64,000 nt of DNA from the NCBI GenBank assembly GCA_030390025.1, contig CM059431.1:144524001-144588000 (forward strand). The letters run 5' to 3'. The DNA is from Squalus acanthias (lineage: Eukaryota). Positions 1-12,100 of the stretch are shown here, in pieces (the stretch's first letter is position 1; every line of letters begins with the position of its first letter). The translations under genes were made by a program, and so were the position numbers. The notes beneath the pieces are model-generated. The model did not search any database, had not been told where the DNA came from, and saw only the letters and a program-made list of their open reading frames with translations.

Positions 1-238
1 ATTGGTGGTGACTCTAGTCTAACATTACTGGTGTTTTCCATGCTCTAACATAACTGGTGGTGACCCTACTCTATCGTTACTGGTGTTGAAACTACTCTAA
101 CATGACTGTTGGTGAACCTGGTCGAACATTACTGGTCGTGAACCTAGTCTAGCATAACTGATGGTGACCCTACTCCAGCATTACTGATGGTGACCCTATT
201 CTAACATTACTTGTGGTGAGCCTATGATTAATTTACTG
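1..238. repeat. 26-bp minisatellite (consensus TAACATTACTGGTGGTGACCCTACTC), left segment
   Basis: Degenerate tandem units; the same array resumes at 5523-5620 and 6747-8720. Confidence 0.9.
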
Positions 239-240
239 GT

Positions 241-704
241 ATAAAAACAGAAAAAGCTGGTGGAATTCAGCAGGTCAGGCAGCATCTGTGAAGAGATAAA
301 CAGAGTTAACGTTTCAGGTCGATGACCTTTCGTCAGAACTTGAAAAAAGCAGAAAATGGAACAGATTTTTAAGCAAGTGTAGAGGCTGGGAAAGTGGGGG
401 AGGGGATGAAAGAACAAAAGGGAAGATCTGTCATAGGATAGAAGGCGGAAGAGGTTAAGAGACATTAAGAGATTTTCAAGGCAAAAGGAGATGGTAATGG
501 GACAGTGTTAAGAAACAAATGATGACTCTAGGTGAAGTGTAAATTGCGCTGGCAGAATAAAAGACAGCTGCCATGTGGGGGAGAAGAAAAAAAAGACAGA
601 CAAAGCGTGTGGATAAAAAATATATATGTAAATGATAGGGGCTGAGGATATGATCTGAAATTGCTGAACTCTATGTTGAGTCCAGAGGGCTGTAAAGTGA
701 CTAG
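241..704 (-). mobile_element. Penelope-like element, inverted copy of 3' region
   Basis: Reverse complement of ~6250-6710; a further piece of the same arm lies at 5461-5522 on the far side of the CR1 insertion. Confidence 0.85.
304..340 (-). ncRNA. Minimal hammerhead ribozyme motif (Penelope-associated)
   Basis: Minus strand reads AGTT-CTGACGA-A-AGGTC-atc-GACCT-GAAA-CG-TT-AACT: core boxes, stem II, palindromic AACGTT stem III, stem I AGTT/AACT. Confidence 0.8.
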
Positions 705-2201
705 AGGAGTAGACTAGTGTGTCATAGAGTCATAGTCATAGAGTTATACAGCACAGAAAGAGGCTCTTCGGCCCATTGTGTCCGGGCCGGCCATGAAGCC
801 CTGTCTATTCTAATCCCATTTTCCAGCACTTGGTCCGTAGCCCTATATGCTATGGCGTTTCCAGTGCTCCTCTAAATGATTCTTCAATGTTGTGAGGGTT
901 CCTGCCTCTACCATTGTTTCAGGCAGTGAGTTCCAGATTCCAAACACCCTCTGGGTGAAAATGTTTTTCCGGAAATCCCCTCTAAACCTCCTGCCCCTTA
1001 CCTTGAAAATATGCCCCTTGCTTATTGACCCCTCTACTAAGGGAAAAAGTTCCTTTCTAACTACCCTCTATATGCCCCTCATAATTTTGAACACCTCAAT
1101 TAGGACCCCCCTCAGCCTTCTCTGCTCTAAGGAGAACAACCCCACCCTGCCCAGTCTCTCTTCATAGCTGAAGCCCTCCAGCCCAGGTAAAATCCCTGTG
1201 AATCTCCTCCGCACCCTCTCAAATGCAATCACATCCTTCCTATAGTGTAGCAACCAGAACTGCACATAATATTCCAGTTGTGGCCTAACCGGCTTTTTGT
1301 ACAGCTCCATCATAATCTCCCTGCTCCGATATTCTATGCCTCGGCTAATGAAGGCAAGTATCCCATATGCCTTTTTAACCAACTTATCTAACTGACCTGC
1401 TGCCTTCAGGGATCCATGTACATGCACGCCAAGGTCCCACTGATCCCCTGTCCTTCCTATGGTCCTACCATTCATTGTTTATTCCCTTGCCTTGTTAGTC
1501 ATCCCAAAATGCATCACCTCACACTTTTCAGGGTTAAATACCATTTGCCAATGTTCTGCCCATCTAACTAACCCATCTATATCGTTCTGTAGCCTGAGGC
1601 TTCCCTCCTCGCTATTTACCACTTCACCAATTTTCGTGTCACATGCGAACTTACTGATCATACCTCCGACATTCATATCTAAATCATTAATGTACACTAC
1701 AAACAGCAAAGGACCCAGCACCGATCCCTGCGGTACACCACTGGACACAGGTTTCCAGTCACAAAAGCAACCTTCGACCATCACCATCTGCCTCCTGCCA
1801 CTAAGCCAATTTTGGATCCAATTTGCCAAGGTGGCCTGGATCCCATGGGCTCTTACCTTCTTGATCAGTCTCCCATGCGGGACCTTGTCAAAAGCCTTAC
1901 TGAAGTCCATGTAGATCACATCAACTGCACTACCCTCATTCACACACCTAGTCACCTCCTCGAAAAATTCAATCAAATTGGTCAGACATGATCTCCCCCT
2001 GAAAAAACCATGCTGACTATCCTTGTTTGATCGTTGCCTCTCCAAGTGGAGACTAATTCTGTCCCGCAGAATTTTTTCCAACAATTTCCCTACCACTGAT
2101 GTTAGGCACACTGGCCTGTAATTCCCTGGTTTATCCCTACTAACTTTCTTGAATAATGGTACTACGTTACCTGTTCTCAAGTCCTCTGGCATCTCCCCTG
2201 T

Positions 2202-2342
2202 ATCTAATTTACTTCACCTGAGGAAGGAGCAAATCGATAGCTCCGAAAGCTTGTGATTTCAAATAAAACTGTTGGACTATAACCTGGTGTTGTGCGACCT
2301 CTCAATTTTGTCCACCCCAGTCCAACACCGGCATCTCCGCAT
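2202..2342 (+). mobile_element. Short Penelope 3'-end insertion in CR1 ORF2
   Basis: Matches the 3' end of the element at 33735-33864; flanked by a 12-bp direct repeat CATCTCCCCTGT (2190-2201, 2343-2354). Confidence 0.85.
2214..2256 (+). ncRNA. Minimal hammerhead ribozyme motif
   Basis: TCAC-CTGAGGA-A-GGAGC-loop-GCTCC-GAAA-GC-TT-GTGA. Confidence 0.75.
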
Positions 2343-3886
2343 CATCTCCCCTGTGGCCAGAGAGGTTTTGAAAATTTGTGTCAGAGCCCCTGCAATCTGC
2401 TCCTTTGCCTCACACAGCAGCCTGGGATACATCTCGTATGGGCCTGGGGATTTATCAACTTTTAAGCCCGCTAAAACCGCTAGTACCTCCTCCCTCTCAA
2501 TACTAATTTGTTCACGTCTATCACAATCCCCCTGCCTGATTTATATGCCTACATCATCCTTCTCCATAGTGAACACAGATGCAAAATATTCATTCAAAAC
2601 CTCACCTATATCTTCCAACTCTACAAACAGAATGCCACTTTGGTCCCTAATGGGCCCTACTCTTTCCCTTGTTATCCTCTTGCCCTTAATATACTTATAA
2701 AGCACCTTGGAATTTTCCTTTCTTTTGCCCGCCAGTGTTTTTCCATGCCCCCTCTTCGCTCTCCTAATTTCATTTTAATTACCCCCATGCACGTTCTATA
2801 CTCCTCTAGGGCTTCCACTGTTTTTAGTCCTTTGTATCTGCCAAAAGCCTCCGATGTTTTCCTAATCCATTCTTGTATATCCCTTGACATCCAGGGTTCC
2901 CTGGGCTTGTTGGTCCCACTCTTGACCTTTACGGGAACATGTTGGCGTTGTACTCTTTCTATTTCCTTTCTGAAAGACTGCCACTGCTCTGATGTGGATT
3001 TTCCTGCAAGTAGCTGATCCCAGTCCACTTTGGCCAGATCCTGCCTTATCATATTAAAATCGGTCTTCCCCCAATTTAGAATCTTTATTTCCGTCCATCT
3101 TTGTCCTTTTCCATGACTACCTTAAATCTCACCGAATTATGGTCACTTTCACCAAAATGCTCTCCTACTGTCACTTCTACCACCTGCCCGGCTAAATTCC
3201 CTAGAATTAGGTCCAGTACCGCCCCCTCTCTTGTAGGGCTTTCTACATGCTGGCTCAAAAATCTCTCCTGGATGCACTTTAAGAATTCCGCACCCTCTAA
3301 GCCTTTCACACTCTGATTATCCCAGTTAATATTGGGGAAGTTGAAATCCCCTACTATTATTACCCTATTATTTCTACACTTCTGAGGTTTGCCTACATAT
3401 CTGTGCCTCTATCTCCCCCTGACTGTTTGGGGGCCTATAGTATACTCCCAGTAAAGTGCTTGCCCCCTTTTTGTTTTTAACTTCTACCCATTTGGCCTCA
3501 TTAGAGAAACCTGCTAAGATATGATCCCTCCTTACAGCAGTAATTGACTCGTTGATTAATATTGCGACACCCCCTCCTCTTTTACGCCCCCCTTTGTCTC
3601 GCCTGTAGATTCTATACCCCGGAATATTGAGCTGCCTGTCCTGCCCCTCCCTCAAACATTTATCTGTGATAGCAACAGTATCATACTCCCATGTGTTCAT
3701 CAACAGCTTCAATTCATCTGCCTTACTCGCAAGACTCCTTGCATTAAAATAAATGCCATCCAGCCTTGTCATACTCCTTTGTGCCGTTACATATTTGATC
3801 TGCCTTCCAGGCTGACTTGTTTTTTCCTCTATGTTTGGCTGTGCATCACCCCCTACTATAGCTCCACTCCGTTTCCCATCCCTCTG

Positions 3887-4843
3887 CTAAGTTAGTTTAA
3901 AACCCCCCACAACAGTACTAGCAAACCTTCCCGCAAGGATGTTGCTCCCGTTCCGGTTCGGGTGCAACCCGTCCGACTTGTAGAGGTCCCACCTTCCCCA
4001 GAAGCAGACGCAGTGATCCAGGAAACTAAAGCCCTCTCTCCTGCACCAACTCTTTAGCCACGCACTCATCTGCTCTATCCTCCTATTGCTATACTCACTA
4101 GCATGTGGCACCGGGAGTAATCCAGAGATTACAACGTTTGAGGTATTGCTTTTTAAACTGCCACCTAGCTACCTAAATATTTGTTGCAGGACCTCATCCT
4201 GTTTTCTACCCATGTCGTTTGTACCAATGTGAAGCACGACCTCTGACTGTTCGCCCTCCCCCTTCAGAATGCCCTGCAGCCGTTCAGTGACATCCTTGAC
4301 CCTGGCACCAGGGAAGCAACATACCATCCTGGAGTCACGCTTGCAGCCACAGAAACGTCTATCTGTTCCCCTTACTATAGAATCTCCTATCACTATTGCT
4401 CTCCCACACTTCTTCCTCTACTCTTGTTGTGCTGAGCCACTCGTAGTGCCACAGACTTGGCTCTTGCTGCATTCCCCTGAGAAACCATCTCCCCCAGCAG
4501 TATCCAAAACGGAAAATCTGTTTGAGAGGGAGATGTACCCAGGGGACTCCTGCACTACCTTCCTAGTTCTTTTACTCTGTCTGGTTGTCACCCATTCCCT
4601 GTCTGCCTGTGCACTCTTTATTTGCGGTGTGACCACCTTGTTAAACGTGCTATCCACGAAGATCTCAGCTTCGCGGATGCTCCACAGTGACTCCAGCTGC
4701 AGCTCCAGCTCCGAAACGCGGATTTCGAGTAGCTGCAGCTGGAGACACTTCCTGCACATGTGTTCGCCCTGGACACCTAAAGTTTCGCTGAATTCCAACA
4801 TAGCACAGGAGGAGCACTCCACGCTGCCGAGCTGCCCTGCCAT
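3887..4843 (-). pseudogene. CR1 ORF1: zinc finger/leucine zipper + SGNH esterase domain
   Basis: CSSC...HMCRKC, heptad LEIRVSELELQL, IGDS, HIGTND, DGLHP; split by stops/frameshifts. Confidence 0.9.
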
Positions 4844-5624
4844 GTCCTACCCTTAATTTACACCATTTACTGCCTTTAAATTAAAGAATATTAAATACAC
4901 TAGGGACCTTACTTCCCCTGAAACACTACTTACTCTAAACTAGAGACCTTACTTTTACTTTAACAACTGGAATGTAGAAATACTGTAGAAATACTCACCG
5001 CTGGTTCTCTGTCCCCTCTTGTGCAGCTTTTTAGCGCCTGCTCTCCTGGAAGCTGACAAAGATAGAGAAAGAAAGGAACACCTCCCTCCCCTACTCCCTC
5101 ACTCACCAAACTAGCAGCTTAACACTCTGTTCCGATCTGCACTCCGTGACAAACTGCACTTTGGCCTCCCTTATTTATACTGCTGAGATTTAAATAAGTA
5201 AGCTCTCTGGCAGTTACAGAACCAGATTAGACCAGTTAATTAATTAATTACTCTCACCTGCTCTCCAGCACAGAGCTGGCTTAGCCCTGCCCAAGCCTGG
5301 AAGAAACTTAAAACTTGAAACAGTAAATTTCAATTTATGTTAAATGTTAATTGCAAGCACACAAGATAAGATTGTATATTAAAAAAAGAGATTAACCTTT
5401 AAGATTCACTCCCTTACTCACCAAACTCGCAGCTTAACACTTTGTTCCGATCTGCACCATGTTGCGGAGGGAGCGGTCCCTACGGAATGCTGAAAGGGGA
5501 GCTGAGGGGAAGATGCGTTTAACACTACTGATTCTGACCATTCTCCAACATTACTGGTGGTGATCGTGAATTAACATTACTGTTGGTGACCATACTCATA
5601 CATAACTTATTGTGACCCTCTACA

Positions 5625-6746
5625 GTGGGGTTCACACGGCCCTTGACCGTGTCCGTTCTATCTCCCGCACTTCTGCTCTCACTCCTACCCCTCCCTCCCG
5701 GAACCACGACAGAGTTTTCCTTGTCCTCACCTTTCATCCCACCAGCCTCCACATTCAACGGATCATCCTCCTCCATTTCCGTCACCTCCAGCGTGATCCC
5801 ACCACCAAACGCATCTTCCCCTCACCTCAACTTTCAGCATTCCTAGTCCACTACTCTATCACCCCAACACCCCTTTCCTTTCGCCCGGCACCTTCCCGTG
5901 CAAGCGCAGGAGATGCAACACATGACCTTATACCTCCCCCCTTCCCACTGTCCAGGGCTCCAAACATCCCTTCCAGGTGAAACAGCGATTTACTTTTACT
6001 TCTTTCAATTTAGTATACTGTATTCGCTGCTCACGATGCGGTCTCCTCTACATTGGGGAGAGCATACGCAGATTGGGTGACCGCTTTGCGGAACACCTCC
6101 ATTCAATCCGTAAGGGGGACCCCGAGCTTCCGGTCGCTGGTCAGTTTAATTCACCGCTCCACTCCCACTCTGACCTCACCGTCCTCGGCCTCTTGCATTG
6201 TTCCACGGAAGCTCAGCGTAAGCTCCAGGAACAGCACCTCATCTATCGATTAGGCACTTTACAACCCTAAGGACTCAACATGGAGTTCAACAATTTCCGA
6301 TCATAACCTCGGCTCCTATCATATATATAAATATATTTTATCCGCACACTTTGTCTGTCTTTTTTTTTCTTCCCCACAAGGCAGCTGTCTTTCATTCTGC
6401 CAGCGCAATTTACACTTCATCTAAAACCATCCTTTGTTTCTTAACACTGTCCCATTACCATCTCCTTTTGCCTTGAATATCTGTTAATGTCTCTTAACCT
6501 CTACCGCCTTCTATCCTATCACAGATCTTTCCTTTTGTTCTTTCAGCCCCTCCCGCCTTTCCCAGCCTCTACACTTGCTTAAAAATCTGTTCCATTTCCT
6601 GCTTTTTTCCAGTTCTGACGAAAGGTCATCGACCTGAAACGTTAACTCTGTTTCTCTCTTTACAGATGCTGCCTAGCCTGCTGAGTATCTCCAGCTTTTT
6701 CTGTTTTTATTTCAGATTTCCAGCATCTGCAGTATTTTCTTTTTGT
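5625..6746 (+). mobile_element. 5'-truncated Penelope-like retroelement (RT C-terminus, GIY-YIG endonuclease, 3' UTR)
   Basis: LVYCIRCSRCGLLYIGESIRRLGDRFAEH...EQHLIYRLGTLQP in ORF 5977-6270. Confidence 0.9.
6611..6647 (+). ncRNA. Minimal hammerhead ribozyme motif
   Basis: AGTT-CTGACGA-A-AGGTC-atc-GACCT-GAAA-CG-TT-AACT. Confidence 0.8.
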
Positions 6747-8720
6747 ATTAATTTACTGCTGGTGACCCTACTCTATCATTACTGGTGGTGACTCTACTCT
6801 GACATTAATTCCGGTGACCCTACACTAACATTACTGGTGATGAATCTACTGCAACATTACTGGTGGTGACCCTACTATAATATTATTATTGGTGAACCTA
6901 CTCTAATATTAGTGGTGCTGACCCTACGCTAACATTAATTGCAGTGATCCTACCTCTACATTATTAGTGGTGATCCTACTCTAAAATTAATGGTGGTGTA
7001 CCAACACTAACGTTAAGGGTGTTGATCCTACTATAGCATTACTGTTGGCGACCTCGCTCTACCGTTTCTTATGTTGAAACTAATTTAAAACTACTCACGG
7101 TGACCCTTCTCCAACATTACTGGTGGTGATCGTGATTCAACATTACTGTTGGTGACCCTACTCTATCATTGCTGTTGGTGACCCTACTTCAACATTATTG
7201 GTGGTGAAACTACTCCAACATTAATGGTGTTAACCCCACTCTAATATTATTGGTGTTGACCCAACTCTAACATTACTGATGGTGTTTCTACTCTAACATT
7301 ACTGGTGGTCGCTCTACTCCAACATTACTTTTGGTGAACCTACTCTATCATTACCCATGGTGACCCTACTCTAACATTACTGGAGGTGACACTGCTCTAA
7401 AATACTTTTTGTGATCCTACTCTAACATTATTGGTGGTGATCCTACTGTAACATTACTGGTGGTGACTCTAATCTAACATTACCAGTGGTGACCCTACTC
7501 TAACATTACTGCTGGTGACCCTACTCTAACGTTACTGATGGTGAAACTACTCTATCCTTACTGGTTGTGACCATACTCTAACATTACTGTTGTTGACACC
7601 ACTCTAATATTATTGGCGGTGATCCTACTCTAACATTACTGGTAATGACTCTTCTTTAACGTTCCTAGTAGCGAAACTATCTAACAATACTTGTGGTGAC
7701 CCTGGTTTAACATTACTCTTACTGTCCCTACTTTAACACAACTGACTGTGACCCTACTCTACCGTTCCTAGTGGTGACCCTACTTTAACATTACTGGTGG
7801 TGACTCTATGATAACGTTGCTGATGGTGATCCTACAGTAACATATATGGTAGTGATCCTACTTTAACATTACTGGTGATGCCCCACTCTAACATTACTGG
7901 TGGATTACTTTACTCTAACATTACTGCTGGTAACTCTACTCTAACATTAGTGAAGGTGTCACTATTCGAACATTATTGGTGGTGACTCTACTCTAACCTT
8001 ACTGTTGTTTACCCTGCTCTAGCATAACTGGTGGTGACTATACTCTATCGTTACTGGTGTTGGAGCTACTCTAACATTACTGTTGGTGACACTACTCTAA
8101 CATTACTGGTGGTGACCCTACTCTAACCTTATTGGCGGTGATCCTACTCCAACATTACTGGTGGCGAGGTTTCTCTATCATTACTGGTGGTGACTCTAAT
8201 CTAACATCACTGGTGGTGGCCCAACTCTCACATTATTGGTGGTGACTCTACACTAACATTATTGTTGGTGAATCTAATCTAATATTACTGGTGTTTACCC
8301 CGTTCTATCATAACTGGTGGTGACCCTACTCTATCGTTACTGGTGTTGAAACTACTCTAACATTAATGTTGGTGACCCTGGTCAAACATTACTGGTGATG
8401 ACCCTCGTCTAGCATTAATGATGGTGACCCTACTCTAACATTACTGATGTTGTGCCTATGATCAATTTACTGTTGGTGACACTACTCTAACATTACTGGT
8501 GGTGACTCTTCTCTAACATTATTGTTGCTGACCTTCCTCTAACATTGCGAAAGCTGAATGTACAATAACATTACTCATGCTGGCCCTACTCTAACATTAC
8601 GAAAGCTGAACGTACAGTAACATTACTGATGCTGGTCCTACTCTACCATTTCGAATGCTGACTCTACTCTAACATAACTAATGGTGGCCCTACTCTAACA
8701 TTAATGGCGGAGACCCTAGT
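6747..8720. repeat. 26-bp minisatellite, main segment
   Basis: About 75 degenerate units of AACATTACTGGTGGTGACCCTACTCT. Confidence 0.95.
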
Positions 8721-8727
8721 ATAATTT

Positions 8728-9268
8728 TGTGGAAATAAACCACTCGAAGTCACGGATAGGCTGCGATACGGGAACACTTTATTACAAAACTGCTGGGGAG
8801 AATCTTCAGCGCACCGAAGTCTCTAAAATTTACGATGATCGTGGAAGTTTATTTATACATAATCAAGCTACTACCGATAATTGCTCAAACGTTAATTACC
8901 GGTTACGTAGGCTTTGACAGATATTTCTTGTTATCTCAACTGCCCCAGTCTCAAGGCCCTTACGTCTGCTTTCCTGTGATTCTTTTAACCACATTATCTG
9001 ACCTTCAGTTCCCCCTTATCTTTTGCTCATTAGCCTTGGTTTGATAGACAAAAACGTATTTTCGTCAAAACTGCTTACACCTACAGTTTTTTACATCTTA
9101 GCTTACATATGGCCGAGCTTCCCATCATGCCTTGCGATTACAATGGCTTGTTACTAACATGGATACTTACATTATTGCAGCATACATTAAAAGGTATCGA
9201 CTTACACGTGATGGAATAATCACAGGTTATCACCACATCAGTACATTGAGCAATGTTACTATCCTATC
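8728..9268 (-). mobile_element. Putative 3' LTR of a decayed LTR element
   Basis: TG/CA ends, minus-strand TATAAA (~8855) upstream of AATAAA (~8782), GAGGGG purine tract at ~9270-9277; right boundary uncertain and no partner LTR found. Confidence 0.45.
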
Positions 9269-10269
9269 AGCCCCTCAAGTCAACCACTGGCCCTCCAGGT
9301 TGCCACTTCAGCCTCTCTTGTTGGCCCCCGGGTCAGACCTTTTCTGATCCAGGTAGGACACCACTAACCCCGAATTAACTACCTCTGAGATTGTCCAGGG
9401 ATCCTACTGGACTCCCACGGGTGTCGAATTCATAAATTTCAAGCTTCTCTTACTGCTTCAGCGATGTCCTGGTGATATTGGCTATGCTTGGAACCATATA
9501 GACCAGATCTATACAACATACTGATTCATTGGTAACTTCTTCTCTGGGAGCGGTTCTGTGACTACGGACACTGGGACGTACCCTTTGTTTGACATCATCA
9601 CCATCTTCACCACACAGTACGAAGTTGCATATGCAATCAAACTCATCTCAGTCTTGCTGTCTTCTGTTGACTGAAGTTTTCTCTTCCTCTGGTTTCGCGC
9701 TGCCTTCAGTGTTCAATTGCTGCTTCTTTATATCTTTTCCCTCACAAAATATTTGGCAACTTGCAGCGCCTGGTTTATTTCACCATTCTTGTTGCTAATG
9801 ATTTTTCTGAATGAGCTTTTCTCTGAGAACTTTTACACAAACAAACTTCCCACGAATTATGACAGGTGTCTTTTGCCTTTCACATAGCCCATTATCTAGC
9901 CTGATCTGCAACTTCAGCGATAAGGGATGTTAGGTGTTGAAAAGCCTCTGTCTTACTTTGAAACTTAATTAATGTTTGTCCTTCACTGGCTTCTTGTTTG
10001 TAACATAACCGAAAATCATTTTCTACTTTAGCACTATTCTCGCAGTTAACATAATGTTGGCTTAATTTTATCATCATGCTTTACTTCTCAGCCTTGTGTC
10101 TTTTTAACTAATGTTATACATATTGTAACAGAGGTGTTATGCTTCGAACACACGTTATTATATATCGTAGCACTTTTAAGAAAAGCATTACATTTAAAAC
10201 ATTTTCAAAATAAAAACATATAAGCTCTATTCTACCTTGAAGGCGAGGTATTTATCCGACCCCTCAATT

Positions 10270-11200
10270 TTAAATTATTTTATATGGATTTGCTCTCCCA
10301 CGTTTGCTTATTTCAAAGAGGTTCTGTGCTGTGATTATGTCTAATTGTGATCTTGTCTTGTACATTAGGTGCCTTAAGTAGCATTTGCAGAGCAATAAGC
10401 ACATTAATACTATAAATTGGGTTATGTCCAGTACGTGTGAAATTATTCTAATCCAAGGGGGAATATCTATGTCCGTCCCTATATCACACCCATGTGTCAA
10501 ATCTACCATATGTGGAATGTCCTTGGCTACATTTTTGTTCCCTTGCTCCAGTGAAATGTAATGTCGTTGGGAGGCGTTCACCTGGTTCATTAATTTTGTT
10601 AAGGCTTCAGGTAGTTCACGGACCTCATATCCAAAGTTAATGACATAGTCCTCTAGATTTATACTCCATTTATCTTCTACGTGTAAGACCTGCTGATCAG
10701 GTGTGGCCATGCAAATAGGGGTTTTTCCTCCTATTACAGTGGTTTTGGTACGGGTAATGCAATAGGTTCCCTGATTAATTGAACATTTAAGATATCCGTG
10801 ATGATAATAGGTTTCTAATGTGGTAAAACACTTCCTTCCTTCTCGTATATAGGCCGTTATAGTTCTCACATCAGATGGACCTGTTACTTCCATGGTAGAG
10901 TTTAACCCGCCTTATTCCAATCAAAAACACAGGTATCTGCTGAGTGATCGTATAAATTGTATGGGCAAATGAATGCATCCTCATTTGTACTGCATCTTTG
11001 TCGGTTTGTTTCAATCCATGTCAGTTCTTCTGACTGGAACAACCATTGTGGTGCTGTGAGGAATTGACTAAAGATATTTATTTTCGCCATTCCTATATTT
11101 CCCAATTTAAACAGAGGGTTGGCTCTGGTTCGATTCATTAGAGTCAGAATGTGTATTATTAGTCCTAACTATTTTTAACTCCCTACCTTGTGACATTCGT
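10270..11200 (-). pseudogene. Envelope/fusion glycoprotein-like gene remnant, copy 2
   Basis: Cys-rich region (CSTNEDAFICP...C, GRKCFTT...CSINQ), heptad repeat, C-terminal TM helix and short tail. Confidence 0.65.
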
Positions 11201-11244
11201 GTTTAACTGAGTAGATCTTAATCAAACTGCTGATCTCACATAGT

Positions 11245-12100
11245 TCAAAGTCTTACTGCACGGGTTACATATATCAAATACACTATCATTACAAGTTGGA
11301 GAACTACCAGAGCGTGAGAAATAATACGAACCTGAGGGTGTGCTAATGTATTAAGCCCAATATCCCACCAGTGTAAATCGTCACTTATGCTGTCAATGTC
11401 AATACCTATTCTCGAGTTGTCTTGCTCCAAAACATAAAAATGCTTTAGGGAGGTGTTCAGTCGCATCACGAGCTCACTGACGACCACAGACAATAGGGGA
11501 ATGTCGTATACGAATTGTGCAGCTCATAATTAAGTGTCTCATTTACTGTCAGTTTCACTTGAGCATACGTTTTGATATTGAGTAAAACGTGTTGGTTGAT
11601 GGGACAGGTCCTGTTAGACCCGTAAAGCATGGTAGTTGCAGTAGTAGTGACACAGGAGGCACGACCAAAACCACCTCATTCTAGATTCATACTGGTTTTT
11701 CCCATGCTCTGTTATCTACAAAACACAAGTATTACAGTCATAAGGTATAATTCAGTCTTACAATCATTTCAAGCGACATTACAATATAACATTTAATCAA
11801 CAAATCATGGACTTAAAAGATTCTGCAGATATTTCTTACTCGTATCCATCTTGTGGATAATTCTTGCTAAACATGATTTCTGCTTATTCTCAATTATATC
11901 AATCATAATTCCATGTTATTCTCCGCTTCAAGTTCAATTTCATACCCTCTAACAGGTACAAGAGTTTTTAACTCTATTCTGATTGTTTGATTAATTAGAT
12001 AATTTCTCGATGGAGTGTGTGTCAATGCTTTAAGAGTTGTTTCCTGAGTCACGTTAAACATTTCATGTCTTGCTGTGTACAAGTAACTGAGCATGTCTGA
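11245..12100 (-). pseudogene. Envelope/fusion glycoprotein-like gene remnant, copy 1
   Basis: Hand translation gives GRASCVTT...CPINQ (~11600-11665); ORF 11245-11493 has a heptad and TM segment paralogous to copy 2; 5' extent uncertain. Confidence 0.6.

Larger units (their letters stand above)
1068..3772 (-). pseudogene. CR1 ORF2 (APE endonuclease + reverse transcriptase), frameshifted
   Basis: YFNARSL, GVYYRPP, LDLILGN...SDHN, NYRPVCLTSVVGK, DFSKAFDKVPH, GVPQGSVLGP; catalytic FADD reads FACD; interrupted by an insert at 2202-2342. Confidence 0.93.
720..5460 (-). mobile_element. Near full-length CR1-clade LINE (decayed)
   Basis: ORF1 zinc finger plus esterase, ORF2 APE endonuclease and RT fragments in order; short tandem (CTATGACT-like) 3' tail at ~720-745. 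Confidence 0.95.

Noticed and set aside
892..4856. Plus-strand ORFs over the CR1
   Set aside because: Antisense shadows of LINE coding sequence
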